A DNA stretch of 64,000 bases, taken from the human T2T-CHM13v2.0 reference genome, Homo sapiens. Every line of letters starts with the position of its first letter. Position 1 is the first letter of the stretch. The translations under genes and the position numbers were made by a program. The DNA is taken from NCBI RefSeq assembly GCF_009914755.1, contig NC_060936.1; one strand, written 5' to 3'. The notes beneath the pieces are model-generated. The model had not been told where the DNA came from, did not search any database, and worked only from the letters and a program-made list of their open reading frames with translations. Positions 40,332-54,719 of this stretch are shown one piece after another.

Positions 40332-41026
40332 TAGTCAGTACTGCCTGCAAATTGAGTGGCCATAGCTGCAGAAAGGATGGCAAGATGACTTCCATTGGCC
40401 TTTTTTCTACAGGGCTCTTACCTCTCACACACTGCCCTGCATTGGAGTGAGAGCCTCATCTGCCGGCGCTCAAATGCTCAGTAACATTTCGTTTGTGTTT
40501 CTTTCATAGTGCTTGCCACACTCTGCTTGAATTTTATTTATTTCTAGATATTTATTTTCCTTTCTTCTGCTACACTGAAAATGCCTTGAGAGTGGGATTA
40601 TGTTTTATTTATTTTCTATCATTTGGACAGCGCATGCTGCCTTACAAGACAGATACATATTTGTTGATTAAAGGATGTTGCTTTCTTAAAATGGCTGCAA
40701 TGGCCGATGGATGATATTCTAGCCCTAAGTTGCCAGGCTGTGAACTTCTCCTCTCCTTTTTTTTTTTTAATTTTTCATGATGTAGAATCACAGAATATCA
40801 GAATCGGCTGGGAACTTAGAGATCATTTACAGATGGAGGAACTGAGAACGGGGCTGCCTAGTGAGTGTGAAAGCTGGGGCTGGAGCCCAAGTCCTGACTC
40901 CAAGTCAGAGCTGTTTCCACCACACTAAGCAATCTCTTCATGTCATTGACCTGTTATCTCCATTCTGGCATTGGTGACAATATGCCATGAAGTAGCTGCT
41001 CCACAGATCTCACTCTGGCTAATTCT

Positions 41027-41344
41027 GTTTGTTATTGTTGTTGTTGTTGTTGTTGTTTAAAGAGATGGAGAGTCTTTTTCTGTTGCCCAGGCTGGAGTGC
41101 AGTGGCGTGATCATAGCTCACTGCAACCTCTCCCTTCTTGGCTCAAGTGATCCTCCTGCCTCAACCCCCTGAGTAGCTAGGGCTAGAGGCGTGCACCACC
41201 ACACTCAGCTAATTCTTTTATTTTTGTAGGGGTGGGGTCTTGCTTTGTTGCTCAGACCTATCTCAAACTCCTGGGCTGAAATGATCCTCCTACCTCAGCC
41301 TCTCAAGTTGCTGGGATTACAAGAATGGCCCACTATGTCCGGCT
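41027..41344 (-). mobile_element. AluJ with (CAA)n tail
   Basis: (TTG)n followed by an antisense Alu with gatcatagctcactgcaacc and ctcctgggctg. Confidence 0.9.
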
Positions 41345-42549
41345 TTAGTTCTGCATCTTTAGTCACTGTCTAAAGTTCCTCAATTTTGCTTTTCCATCCC
41401 ATTTCAATTATTGTAGTTACACAGTTTTAACTCATTGTCAAATATTAGTTTTCAAGTAGGAACTTGGAAGGGAGAGTAAGTGTTTCCTTCAAAAAAGTAG
41501 TTTATCTAATGTTCTCTCAGGCCCATCTCATATGCCTTCATTGAATCAGTCAACATTCATTACATATTTATCATCAGTATTGCAGGAGGTTGCTCTGTGA
41601 TGATGTTTTTGCTATTTATTTAAATGTGCTATTAATTTTTTTGGTAACATATTCAACATTATCATTTGCCTTCATTTCCTACTCAAAACAGTCACTGTTG
41701 TTTTGGATGCACTTTTCATGCATTCATTCCACAAATACTTGTTGGGGCCCTCGTATGCCCTGTCCTAGGAATCACGATAGAGTGCCGAACGAAACAGGCG
41801 TGGTCCTTGTCTTCACAGAAATTACAGTTTAGTGTTGTCTTGGCTATCTTGGCTCTGCCTTTCCCTCTGCCTTATTTTTTTTCCAAACCTGAAATTCCCT
41901 GGGGGAAGACAAAAAGCGAGCACATTTCCCATCCGATCACATTGTGTCTTACATCCCAGAACTTGATCCTTCCCCCCCACGTTCCCAGCCCCCGGGCTCT
42001 GCCACTCACATGCAGTCCTTGTTCATATCTCTGTGTCTTTAGGCAAGGCCATTCTCAAACTCTGGAATCTCCTCACATCTCTCTTATGTCAGAAAAACAT
42101 CCATTAATCCTTCAAGATCTAGCCCAGATGTTCCTTCCTCATGAAGTTTTTCATTCCTCAGGCATTCTACCTACCTTTAAGTGCTCAATAGCACTCAGAT
42201 TCTTACGGAAACAAAGCCAGTTTAGAATACATACAAATATATATGAATGCAATTCAAATCAGAATACTAAGGTATTATAAAAAAGAAAACTCAGAAGAGA
42301 TTTTTTAAAATGTTATGCATACACATGTGAAAAAATTCAGTTGTGTGAAGTTCCAACCCTTTCCCCTCCATTAAGGAAACCATGGTTACAAGTCTGTTGT
42401 AATCTCTTCCAGATACATACTCTATGCATACATGAATAGAAATCCCAAGAATTTTGTGGGAAAACTGGACAGAAAAAACAAAACCAGAGAAGAAAGAAGG
42501 AGAGTGTGCATAAGAAGAATTGTGAAAGGTGACATGCCCTACCAGTTAT

Positions 42550-42790
42550 AATAATTGCAACTAACACTGATTGGCAGACAACTTCCCCTGAGCCAGGCAC
42601 TATTCTGAACACTTTATTGGAATTAGTTATTTAATATTCATAACAACCCTGTGGGTTAGGTACTGTTATTATCCCCTTTTTATAGATGAAGACATTGAGG
42701 TAATGGGCACAAGATTATTACAAAGTCGATGGCATCTGAACTAAACCCAGACTTTCAGTTTTGAGAGCCCACATGCTTAACCCTGCTGCC
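42550..42790 (-). mobile_element. MIR SINE
   Basis: gccaggcactattctgaacacttta..aacaaccctgtgggttaggtactgttattatcccc..agatgaagacattgagg. Confidence 0.85.
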
Positions 42791-42799
42791 ATCCTGTTA

Positions 42800-44190
42800 A
42801 GCCATAAAAGCCACAGCAATAAAAAGTATGATATTGACACAGGAATAGGTAAATAGAACACAGGAATAGAACAGAGTTCAGAAATAGATTCATAGAAAAG
42901 GTGACATTCCAATTTAGTGGGAAAGGGTGGGATATTTAATACATGATGTTGGCGTAATGGGATATGCCTTTAGAATAAATCAAGGTTATATATTATCCTC
43001 AGACAACATTTAAAAATCTAGATGGATGGAAAGTGTAAACTCTAAGAAAAATTAAGAATAAAAAAATTCAAGAGGAGCTCAAAGGTCATAAAAAGAAAGA
43101 CAGACACACTTGACTACATGAAAATGAAACAAAATAAAAATAAAAATTATAGACTGGAAAAAATATTTATATTACATTTGAGAAATAAAGGGCTTCTACA
43201 AAATAGTAAGACAAATAAAAAATCTGATAGGAAGATGGGCAAAGTATATGAAGAGAAAATTGACAGAACAGGAACTCAAAAAGTCCAACAAACATAAGAA
43301 ATGTTATTTAATTTCCCAGATATCCGGGAAAATTTAAATTGTATCATCTTTCAGCCATCAGATTAGCAAAGCCTTTAAAAAGTGATGGCATTTAATGTCA
43401 GAGAAGCTTTCAAGGGATTCACTGTCTAAAGAGAAAGATAGATATATTTAAAAAATAAATCTGACTGAAATACATGCTGTCATGCATTACTGGTGTATGA
43501 ATTACTAGGAGCTTTTTGAAATAAAATTAACATTGTCTATTAAGATTTAAAGTCCACATAGTAATTGACTCAACAAATACTTACTTAGAAGTCTGTCCCA
43601 TAAAAATAAACACACACAAAATTCAGGATACACACAAGAAAGTGGTCATTAAAGCATTGTTTGTATTGGGAGGGAAAAAAGGAATAAAAACAAACTGAAT
43701 GTTCTACAATAGGGAAATGATCGAATGAATTCCACTATATGCAATATTATGCAGTTATTTAAAAATGTATCAGATCTATATTCATTGAGCAAGAGAGATA
43801 TCTTTGGGTAGATGGCTAAATTAAAAAAAAAAAGAAAGTTGCTGAATAATGTGAGTAGAATGATTCCATATTTACCAAAGTGAAGCAAATGAAAAGTAAG
43901 CAAATAAAACCCTTGTGGGTGTTCTGTGTTTGATGGAGAAAGTGTGGAAGGAAATATAGTTAAGCTCCAAACCAGCTAATAAAAGCCAATTTAGCCATAA
44001 AGTAATGAGAAATGTTAGCAAAATATTTTTTACATCATTTAACCAGGCTGTTCAGCTGTTCCTTGGGGAAGTGGGCATGGAGGAAGGGGGTGGGGGGAGG
44101 TAATGAATGCCTTATATTGTTTAATTAAATGCTTTGTATTGTTTCATTTGTTACAATGAGGATATACTACTTTTGTAAGTTAAAAAAGCC
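42800..44190 (+). mobile_element. Ancient L1 (L1ME/L1MC-like) 3' region
   Basis: A-rich. ggaatagaacagagttcagaaataga; ctggaaaaaatattt; gatgggcaaag; aatagggaaatga; gtagaatgattccatatt; ggaaggaaata. Interrupted at 43965-44046. Confidence 0.7.
43965..44046 (-). repeat. 82-bp dispersed inverted repeat, copy 2
   Basis: Reverse complement of 40054-40135, 80/82 identical. Confidence 0.95.
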
Positions 44191-44406
44191 TCTTTGAGCA
44201 CTCCAACCATTGTGTTATTTTCATCTGACTCTCATTATGCCTTGAAATGCTACTTATATTTTGTCATTCCCTCTTCCTTTCTGAAGACAAATTTTTATCT
44301 CTCCAGGCCCAGGTCTAGAGCTACCCCACTATGAAGCCTTTTTTGACTTGCTTACTAGGTAGACTTTCTTTGTACCCTATGATTTTCTTTACTATTAATT
44401 TAGCGC

Positions 44407-44770
44407 TGATGTGGTTTGGCTCTGTGCCCCCACCCAAATCTCATCTCGAATTGTAATCCCCATGTGTCGAGGGAGGGATCTGTTGGGAGGTGATTGGATC
44501 TTGGGGGTGGTTTCCCCCATGCTGTTTTTGTGACAGTGAGTGAGTTCTCATGAGATCTGATAGTTTTAAAGTCTTTGGCAGTTTTTCCCTGCTCTCTCTC
44601 CTGCTGCCCTGTGAAGAAGTTTCCTGCTTCCTCTTCACCTTCTGCCATGATTGTAAATTTCCTGAGGCCTCCCCAGCCATGCAGCACTGTGAATTAATTA
44701 AACCTCTTTCTTTTAAAAATTACCTAGTCTCAGGTATTTCTTTATAGCAGTGTGAAAATTAACTAATACA
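44407..44770 (+). mobile_element. THE1D-like solo LTR inserted into an L2 3' end
   Basis: TGATGTGGTTTGGCTCTGTG...AACTAATACA. 5-bp TSD AGCGC/AGCAC. L2 tail (gtgcctggcacagag..gttgtttgttgagtg) resumes after it. Confidence 0.9.
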
Positions 44771-45689
44771 AGCACTTATCAGAGTTAACCATGCTGTGTG
44801 TTTACTTGGCTGTCTACTTTTTGCTAGAACTTAAACCTTTCAAGGGTAGAGACTCTTGTTTCATGTATTTAGTAATGTCTGTGCCTGGCACAGAGTCGGT
44901 GCATAATAGTTGTTTGTTGAGTGGAGAAGCTAAGTCTTTGAAGGAGAGACTTACCTTGTATCATGTAGTTCATAAGCCTATTTATGGCACTGTTCAAAAA
45001 TATCATTGCTCCAGTCAGCAATCTTTAAAAAAATCTGATGATTAAGAAGATTATAAACACTTTTCTGCTGAATCTTAGTGGGAAAAAAATCCCTAGGATT
45101 AATATATTTAAATTAACCTTGAGATGTTAAGTTCTCATGTCAAGTATTTACTTGTAATAAAAATAGATTTTCCCCCTAGCTCTGCATTCCCTAATATTTA
45201 GAAAGGTGTCACCAAATATATACAAACATTTCTGACAGACCTAAATGACAGGGAGAAAAAGGGGATGTTGTCATACTCATTTTTCAAGGTCTATTTCTTT
45301 TCTGGTTTTCCCAATGAAAGTAGCATTTTTAAAAGTGCTATAAAAGTAATGCCTAATCATTTTTAAAATAATAAAATGCAGAAATTCACAAAAAGAAAGT
45401 GAAACCCACTTGGAATCTTATTATTTGTTGATAAATACAATTAGCATTTAACAATATATATCATTTCAGGCTTTTTTCTGTACCCAACTCACAAATATTT
45501 GTACAAAACAGGATCTTAAAATCATAGCATTTTGCAACCTGATTTTTTACTTAAAATAAATCTGGTCATTTTCATATTAATACATATAGACCTACATCTG
45601 CACTTTTAATGGTATTTTTTCTCTGGATGTATCATAAGTTATTAAACCAATATCCTATTGATGATGGATGCATAAAATTAAGGTAAGGA

Positions 45690-45905
45690 AATCAGACTAT
45701 CTGTGTTGGAACCCATGGTATGCCTCTTATTAGCTGTGTGACCTTGGGCAAATTTATTTAAATTCTCTGGACCTCAGCCTCCTCATCTGTAAAAGTGGGG
45801 AAAGTAATAGTGCGTACTTCCTAGGATGATCATGAGAATGAATGAATGCATGTGAGCCACCTATTGCAGTGCTGGTATACTGTAAATGCTCAGTGTTAGC
45901 CACTA
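45690..45905 (+). mobile_element. MIR SINE
   Basis: tagctgtgtgaccttgggcaaatt..cctcagcctcctcatctgtaaaagtgggga. Confidence 0.88.
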
Positions 45906-48189
45906 GGTTAAGTATCTTTAGAATGGTAGTGGTAAAGGAGAAAGCATAATCAAATAAGCTGAATGGTAACATATTCACAGACTAGAGAACTGAAATACAA
46001 AAGTGACATTAGGAATAGATCGGAAAGAATGTCTATCTGTAGTGTTCATTTGACATAGTGGAGAATCTTTGCCTTTGTTTTTCAGGAAACACAATTGTTC
46101 TTGGCTCCACTTTAGAGGATGCACATGGCTCAGTGCAGGGTGAGATTGATTTTGGCAACTGAATGGAACATTGGAGAGTTGAGTTTTAAGGCTCATTTGT
46201 GAAAAACAATAGCAATAAAGCAATTGACTAAAATGTCCTAATACAAGAAAATGATTGTTTAGAGTGTTGGATGTGATTTTTGGCTCTTGAATAAATTGCT
46301 TTGTTCCATTCATGAGAATAGCAGGGATTTTAACAAACATTATACAGTATTTTAAATTTTAGAAGAGCTTAAGTCTTGCATAATTTTATTTACTGTTGAG
46401 TAAAACGACTATACAGAACTATATTTCATTCACGTGTGTATATATGCCACACTATTAGAGTTCCCTTGAATTTATATAATAATGATAAGAATAATTCTGC
46501 ATGCTTGTATAGTGCTTAAAACTGTTGTATGAATTTTTCAATTTTTAGAGGATTGCTTCCTTTTTTTAATTATATACTCTGATTAATCACTACTTTTGAA
46601 AAAAAGTAAGAAATCAGATCAAACTTATTTAACCTCAGGTTAAAGAAAAGAAAATGTGTTTTTTTTTTTAGTTGTGGAGAAAATGCATAGCCAAGAAAAT
46701 CCCTGTTGAAATGTAAATTTTATAATAACATGAACTATAAAAAAATCATATGAGTGGCCGATGCCATTAAAATCAATTGATTTCTGTCGGACACAAACTA
46801 CAGAAATCCCTTGTCAGAGAGGAGGAATATAGTTATTTTTAACTTGGTAACAAAATATTAATTTTGCATTATTTTTACCTGTAAAACCTTTCGGGAAGAG
46901 ACAAATTACTTCCCCGTTGCCTAAGACAAAACAAAATGAAAACCATGTAAATTCTTTCATTGCACAAACTATTGCATTCCAGATGGTGGTGCTGTTCTCA
47001 TTGAAAGAACACATCCCAAAAATGGTTTTGTTTTTTTTTTTTGAGGTAAAATTTTGCAATTACTCTTTCATTTATAAATTAAACTGTTAAGACAACAATA
47101 AATTATAGATACACTTTCTACTAGCCTTTAAAACTATTGTTTTTAGATTTGGGATTACTTTAATCTATAGTGATTAATCAACCATGTACTTAGCAAAAAG
47201 ATAGTGGTGTGGTATATTTATTTATGGTGGGTAGTGGTATAAAAGTGTACAACACCATTCTTTGTATTTGAAAAGCAAAATATCCAAAGAATGCCACTAT
47301 CTTTTTAAAACACAGTGCTACATTTATGAAGACACAAAAACCTATAGAAAAGGTGCAAAATTTTAAGACAAATCATTACTCAGATGGTTAAATGGAATTG
47401 CTAGTCAGATTCCAGCAGGGAAGCAGACTATTAAAGTCACACAATATATAACTGCCAACAGCTTTGCTTTCATTTTAGATAACATTTTGTTGTTGTTATT
47501 TCATTTTTTCAGTTTCATATTTTTATTCCAGTCACTTCCTAAGAAATGAAAATTTCTTTCTTTCTATAACATTTGCTTTATGAAATAATGCCCAAATATT
47601 CATATGTAGCTCTCTGAATGCCTGTGGATGCTTAAAGAAAAAATATCACCACATATTTATTTAAATTAGATGAAATCCAAATGTTTCCTGTGCAAGGACT
47701 GCAGTAGTTCTGTGAATTTGGGCGGGGATTGTCTCTAGTGTGGAAGTTGTTCCCCGGGTAGAAGCTCATATTAAAATGATTAAACACATCTTTCACTGTA
47801 AGAAAAACCAATCACTTTCTGTCAGGAAACTAGACATCCCATGTCCCCTTCCCTGCATCAAAATATCCTTAAAGGTTTTAAACTATTTTCTTTCCTTAGA
47901 AGAGTAAACAGTGCAGTTGACTCAGAAAGGAATCTGAGTCAGAAAGGAATCAGACTGGGATCAGTCTGGGATTCTGGAATCCATCAACCACTGACTTTTG
48001 GCCTTAGGCAAGATGCCTCACTTGTCTAAGCTGTTCCTTATACATAAATGAAAGGGTTGAACTAGCATATAGATAACCTCTCAGGCCACTTCCAAATCTA
48101 TAACTATGATTCTAAAAGATATTAATAGAGATTTAATATATATATGTATTTACACACACAATAATATATATGTATATTTACACAATAAG

Positions 48190-48592
48190 CAAAATGAATT
48201 ATTATTTGGCCATAAAAGGAAAGAAGTACAGATACATGATAGATTAAGATGGATGAGCCTTAAAAGCATAAACTTTCATTCATGCTAAGTGGAAAAAGCT
48301 AGCCACAGAAGACCACATATTGCGTGATACCATTTATATGAAATGCACAGAAGAGTCAAATCTGTGAAGACAGAAAGTAGATTAGTGGTTGCTAGAGACT
48401 GGAGGATGGGAGAGGAGAGTTTGGAAGTGGGACTTGACTGCTAATGGGTATAAGATTCCTTTTTGGGGTAATGAAATATTTTACAATTAGATTATGCTGA
48501 TGGTTGCACTCTTAAAATATATTAGAAGCCATTGAATTGTATGATGTAAATATAGTGACATATAAATTATATCTGAATAAAGCTGTTTTTTA
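48190..48592 (+). mobile_element. L1MB/ME-class 3' end
   Basis: gacagaaagtagattagtggttgc; gactgctaatgggta; ends ataaattatatctgaataaagctgtt. Confidence 0.8.
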
Positions 48593-49331
48593 AAATGTGT
48601 ATTTATATATATGAATATATATGTGTATTGTATGTATATATGTGTGTATTTGTCTATGTATGTAAACTCTGAAGTAGCATAGGTTTCCTATGATGATTCT
48701 TTGGCAAGCAGCATGATCTTAAGAGCTTTCACAAGCATAATATATTATGGGTTCCCATGAGAAAGGATGTGTAAATATATAAAGCAGTAATTTGGCTTTT
48801 CAAGTGCCGGAGACAGATGCTTTGGACAGGCTTAGGTTTATCCCTTCCTGCAACAAAAGTTATAGGTCCAATGGGTCCCTCCATCTAAGATGGCTTATTC
48901 TAAAATAAAACTTCTTTCTAAGGCCTGTTTTCATTGTTCTCAATATTCCAGGTAAGTTTACAAGGAGTGAATTTTGGATTTCCTATCATATGGTTTTATA
49001 GATTTTGTGTTTTTTGTTGCTTATTTTCTCCTGTTCTTTGTCTTTTATTCAATCATCGAAGTTTTATTTTGTTTTTGTTACATTTAGTTTTTCTAGTTGC
49101 TTGGAAGTTACACAATCTATTTCTACTTCATAATGATTATTCTTATATCTTTTATAATATACCTTTTAAGTATATTTTTCTCTCTATGTCTAGAGTGATC
49201 CAGCATTTAACTCAATCATGAGACAAACTTTTGCATACCTTCATTTACCAGCTTACTCTTTTTCTGCTGCTATTTTATGCTGAGATCATCTGGATTTTCA
49301 TTTCTGGTGGTTATTCTCTTTCCTTACCTCC

Positions 49332-49550
49332 AATTATTAAGATTTAACTTAATAATTGTTAAATTATTAAGATTTAACTTAATAATTGTTAAATTATTAA
49401 GATTTAACTTAATAATTGTTAAATTATTAAGATTTAACTTAATAATTGTTAAATTATTAAGATTTAACTTAATAATTGTTAAATTATTAAGATTTAACTT
49501 AATAATTGTTAAATTATTAAGATTTAACTTAATAATTGTTAAATTATTAA
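49332..49550. repeat. 30-bp AT-rich minisatellite, 7.3 identical copies
   Basis: Unit AATTATTAAGATTTAACTTAATAATTGTTA starting at 49332, 49362 ... 49512, plus a 9-bp partial copy. Confidence 0.98.
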
Positions 49551-49580
49551 TTAACAATTATAAGTATATAATAACTTAAT

Positions 49581-49767
49581 AAGTCCCCTACTTATGATGG
49601 TTTGATTTATGATTTGTCAACTTTACGATGGTGTCAAAGCATACCCATTCAGTATGCTCTTCGACCTAAGAGGTTACATCAGGATAAACCCATTGTAAGT
49701 TGAAAATGTTATCAACTTACAATAGGTTTATTGGGATGTAACTTCATCATAAGTCAAGGAGCATCTG
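49581..49767. mobile_element. Tigger-family MITE, MER47-like
   Basis: ggttacatcaggataaacccattgtaagttgaaaat; right terminus taagtcaaggagcatctg followed by TA. Confidence 0.75.
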
Positions 49768-49769
49768 TA

Positions 49770-51030
<1,261 letters not shown>

Positions 51031-52995
51031 TCTCCTCTGTTTAAACACTGTTTATGTGGGAGAGATGAGAGGTGCTAACTGTTCAGCTTGGAACTGGTAC
51101 TTTTTGTCTTTTCCTAGTGTAACTTCTCCACCTCCCAGAGGGCATTCTTCTTGGTTTCTTGCCCTGCTTCTCCAGCCCCAGAATGCAGGTTCACTGATTT
51201 TGCCTGTAGTAAATACTACTTCTACTTTTGTCCTGCTTTTTATCTGTCTGTATCTTTCAGTGCCTTACTTGGCTTGCCCATGGCCCCTTCATGCTGTTGG
51301 CTATAATTTCCTGAGAGAAGGGAAGAATTGGGTGGTGAGACCACCTCTACTCTTAGTTTTGTTTTGTTTCATTTTTAAGCATGGTGTAGGAACTCAGGCA
51401 ATTACAAATTTTGAGAAAAAATAAAGTATGTTTAACTAAAAAAAATAGATTTCTGACTTAGGCTTTATACTGCTAACTTATTTAGCATCAAATGCTTTTT
51501 AAAACACAGGCTATGAAATAAGGAAAACTGATTTTTGAGTTCCAGTTCTGTCCCTTTTCCCAGGTGTTGTGATTCATCTGTGAACCTGAATTTTTTCATC
51601 AATAAGTTCAGGATAGTAAGAATACCTGCTGCATATATTCTGTGATGATGAAATATAACAGTAAAAGTGAAAGTACTTTGAGAGCATCAAAGAGCCACTA
51701 ACAGTTTATTATTTATGGCACTAAATAATGCCCCACTCAGACCTTTGGTAGGAGGATAAAGTAGGTAGTAGGAAAATATAATAAAAGACTGAGGTACCCA
51801 AGATGAGGAAAGAGGAGATTGCCACAGGCTCTTGTCCTGAACTCTTGTTTTATAAACTTTGCTCTCTATTCTTTAGAATTCCTAAAACCAAGATTTTCTG
51901 CATGTCAGATCCAGGAACTTTGCTTTCCTTATGGCATAAAAGCTAGCCAAAAGAATCACTGTGAAGGTTCTCATCAACCAGAGTAGATAATTGGTTATGG
52001 GGTATGAAGGATGGCTACTGATACTCAGTAGACAGGATTCTAAAATTATATTAACTTTTTCCTAGAACTTTATCAAAGTGACAGTTTTATATGTATCTCT
52101 GTGTACAAGAATTTGAAGCTAGCTAAAATCTAAATCTGAAAATATCTTCTATAAAAGAGAGGACTTTGTAGTTTTTTTTTCTTTCTCTCTCAGTGATGAA
52201 AAACTGGATAGAACCATAAACACTTCAAAGGATGAGAAATCCACATGGGCTGGAGTCCTAGCCAGAGTCCTTGCCAAGATCACTTTCCTCAGAGGATTTT
52301 CATGCTCTTCCTTTCTTTGGGGAATCAAATTTCCCAGCCACCTCAGCCCAAGACGTGCTGTAGTTACATGTACTCACTTTGTGGCTTTATATTAAGAGGT
52401 AAAATGAGGAGTGGTAATGCTAAAAGGCAGTGGGTATGGAGAGATTTCCTTTGGATGTGCTTTCACTTGGGTTATACCAGGTACTTGGAATTCTGTGTTT
52501 TACTTTTGGATAAAATAATTCTTTGCCAAAATGTTTTCTTCACTAGCGTGAAGCCATCTAGCTGAATCAAAATGGAGCTGCTGCCTGCCTACAGATTTTT
52601 TATGTGGGTGAACATTATTGTTTTTTAGAGAGGTGAGAATATTTATTTCCTTCCATTTTCATTCTTCAGAGATTATTCTATCACTTTGGATTCAGCACAG
52701 GTTACCCAGCAATTACTACTCACTCTTCTTGGGTTCAAATAAATGAGTTTGGTCCAACGTTTCCTGTATTTTAAAATGGAGGCAGTTCATGACGATCAGG
52801 ATTTGGGGAGGAAGTGGATTTAATTAGACAAGGAAGAGGGTAGGAGACTGGACACCATTTGGGGCTATTTTCAGCTAGTTGAGCCAAATTGTTATTGACC
52901 TAAAGCTGACAGTTTTTCTGTGGCCTGCACAATGTGAATTTAGTGAGCTCAGCCAATTCTCAGAGGACAAGCTCTTATATTTCTAGACATACCAG

Positions 52996-53238
52996 CAGTG
53001 GTTCCCGACATTTAGATTTCATGGACAAGTACAATTAAAAATAAAAGAAGTATGGAGATAGAGAGAAGCCAAAAAATCTTAGGAAAAGGTCAGCCCTTTA
53101 AATGGAATACTTTCAAATATATGAAAGAAAAAAAAAAAACCTCACTTCAATGTGCTCGATTTTCTCATTTTTTTCCTGGCCAGTGAAAACTAGATCCTGG
53201 GACAGCACTGGACACACACAGATGTTTGAGAACTACTG
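52996..53238. mobile_element. hAT-Charlie-type MITE, family uncertain
   Basis: Inverted termini CAGTGGTTCCCGACAT / ATGTTTGAGAACTACTG. Confidence 0.65.
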
Positions 53239-54719
53239 TTCCCAATCTATGAATGAGGCTGTAACTTTTCAACCTGCAAATTCACTTCAGATATTTAAGA
53301 AGAACCTTCTAAGTGAAAATATGAAAGTGAACAAAAGCTTTCCTTTTTAAATACACTTGTGTAACCAATTGTTTGGAACAAGTCACCAATGATGCCTTAC
53401 TTCAGTTCACTATTCTTTCAAATAAAAGATGTATTTGTGAAATTATAATCATTCAAATAGCCATTTTGAGGGCTATGTTTTTTTTTTTTTTCAGTCACAA
53501 ATCTAAGTGACCCTGAGAATTGTAAAAAGATACTATGGAAATATCAATAGTGTTTTTATGTTTTGAGCCAATGATTTTAAACTTCCACTTGCTAAAAAAA
53601 ATCAAGAAAGATGAAGTATGAAAACAAGCACGTAGATCTTTCTTTTGTATTACATGTGTGTAACTAAGAAGCCAGTACTCAGATAAATGGCTACAATCTT
53701 AATAGCTCGCTCCTGGAAAGCCAAAACTGCATTTCTCTTTTGTCAGGACTGGAAGCATGTAAATTGATTGCCCAATTAAGGAAAGGTTGACTGAAGGTGA
53801 GTAAGGTTTCAATGTTCCTGACTTAATTGCTCAACAAGCTTTATTAAGGGGCTAAATGGAGCAGCAAGGGAGTGGCTGGAGTGCAAGGGACTGCTTCTCA
53901 CCGAGTATTATTGGACGGCTGCCAAAGACAGTTAAAAAATAAAATAAAATAAAGCTGCTCAAGCGTCTTATGCCATGAAGAACAAGATTCTTCATGTTGG
54001 GGCTCGCAGTTTTAGTTATAGCAAACTGATTACAACATACATAATTTCTAGTTACAGATAAGGGGCCATTTGCACAGCATCTAGTAGTTTTCATATAATC
54101 TTGCCCTGGATTCTGTAAGTTAATAGAGGTAATATATTATTATGGAAAAAGATGGAATCTGGCAAAGATCTCAGGCACTGAAGGAACCAGCTGTTCCGTA
54201 GCAATGTGATTTTGCACGCTTCTTGGGGCCTGGCATTCTTAAACTTCCACCAGCGTTAATTCTTACTGGTGAGTTTTCGCTCTACTGGGCCTGCTTATGC
54301 AACTCAGTGGCCCAAAAGTCTGATGTCACAGCCTAATGCTGCGTGTCCTCTGCCAAGAGTCTTTTCTGTGGGCACACATTTCTGATGAGAATCTACCCTG
54401 TTTTGACTCTTGACTGCATCAGTCTCTGGCAATTACCCTTGTGAAAATAACTCCTTTTTCAAGCATGCAATGTGTCTGGCTTTTATCCAATGGTTTAATC
54501 ACAAACTCTCTGTGACAGCTTTACCTTGAGCAGCCCCTTAGGGAATTCAGAAGAGCTAGGGTTGCATTTGGACTCTCTAACTACAACATTCTTTTGGCTT
54601 TTATGCTGGCCTCAGATCTGGTCTAAACAATGATTTTGTACTTGCTGAGCAGAGTTTTTCACTACTTTGTTCCATGAATTCAAAGGAAGCATGGAAAATG
54701 GCACAGATAAGATCATCTT

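Noticed and set aside
41666-42280. Longest ORF (204 aa)
   Set aside because: Non-ATG start, overlaps L2-like fragments, no recognisable domain.
38478-49550. 30-bp repeats considered as CRISPR-like
   Set aside because: Eukaryotic DNA; the tandem array has no unique spacers, the dispersed pair has only two copies 1.8 kb apart, and there are no cas genes.
49277-49579. ORFs on both strands with a repeating peptide (LLRFNLIIVK / NLTIIKLNLN, superficially LRR-like)
   Set aside because: Read-through of a 30-bp tandem repeat; no splice or start context.
53974-53996. Perfect 9-bp hairpin CATGAAGAA-caaga-TTCTTCATG
   Set aside because: A few such stems are expected by chance in 64 kb; too short for a miRNA precursor.
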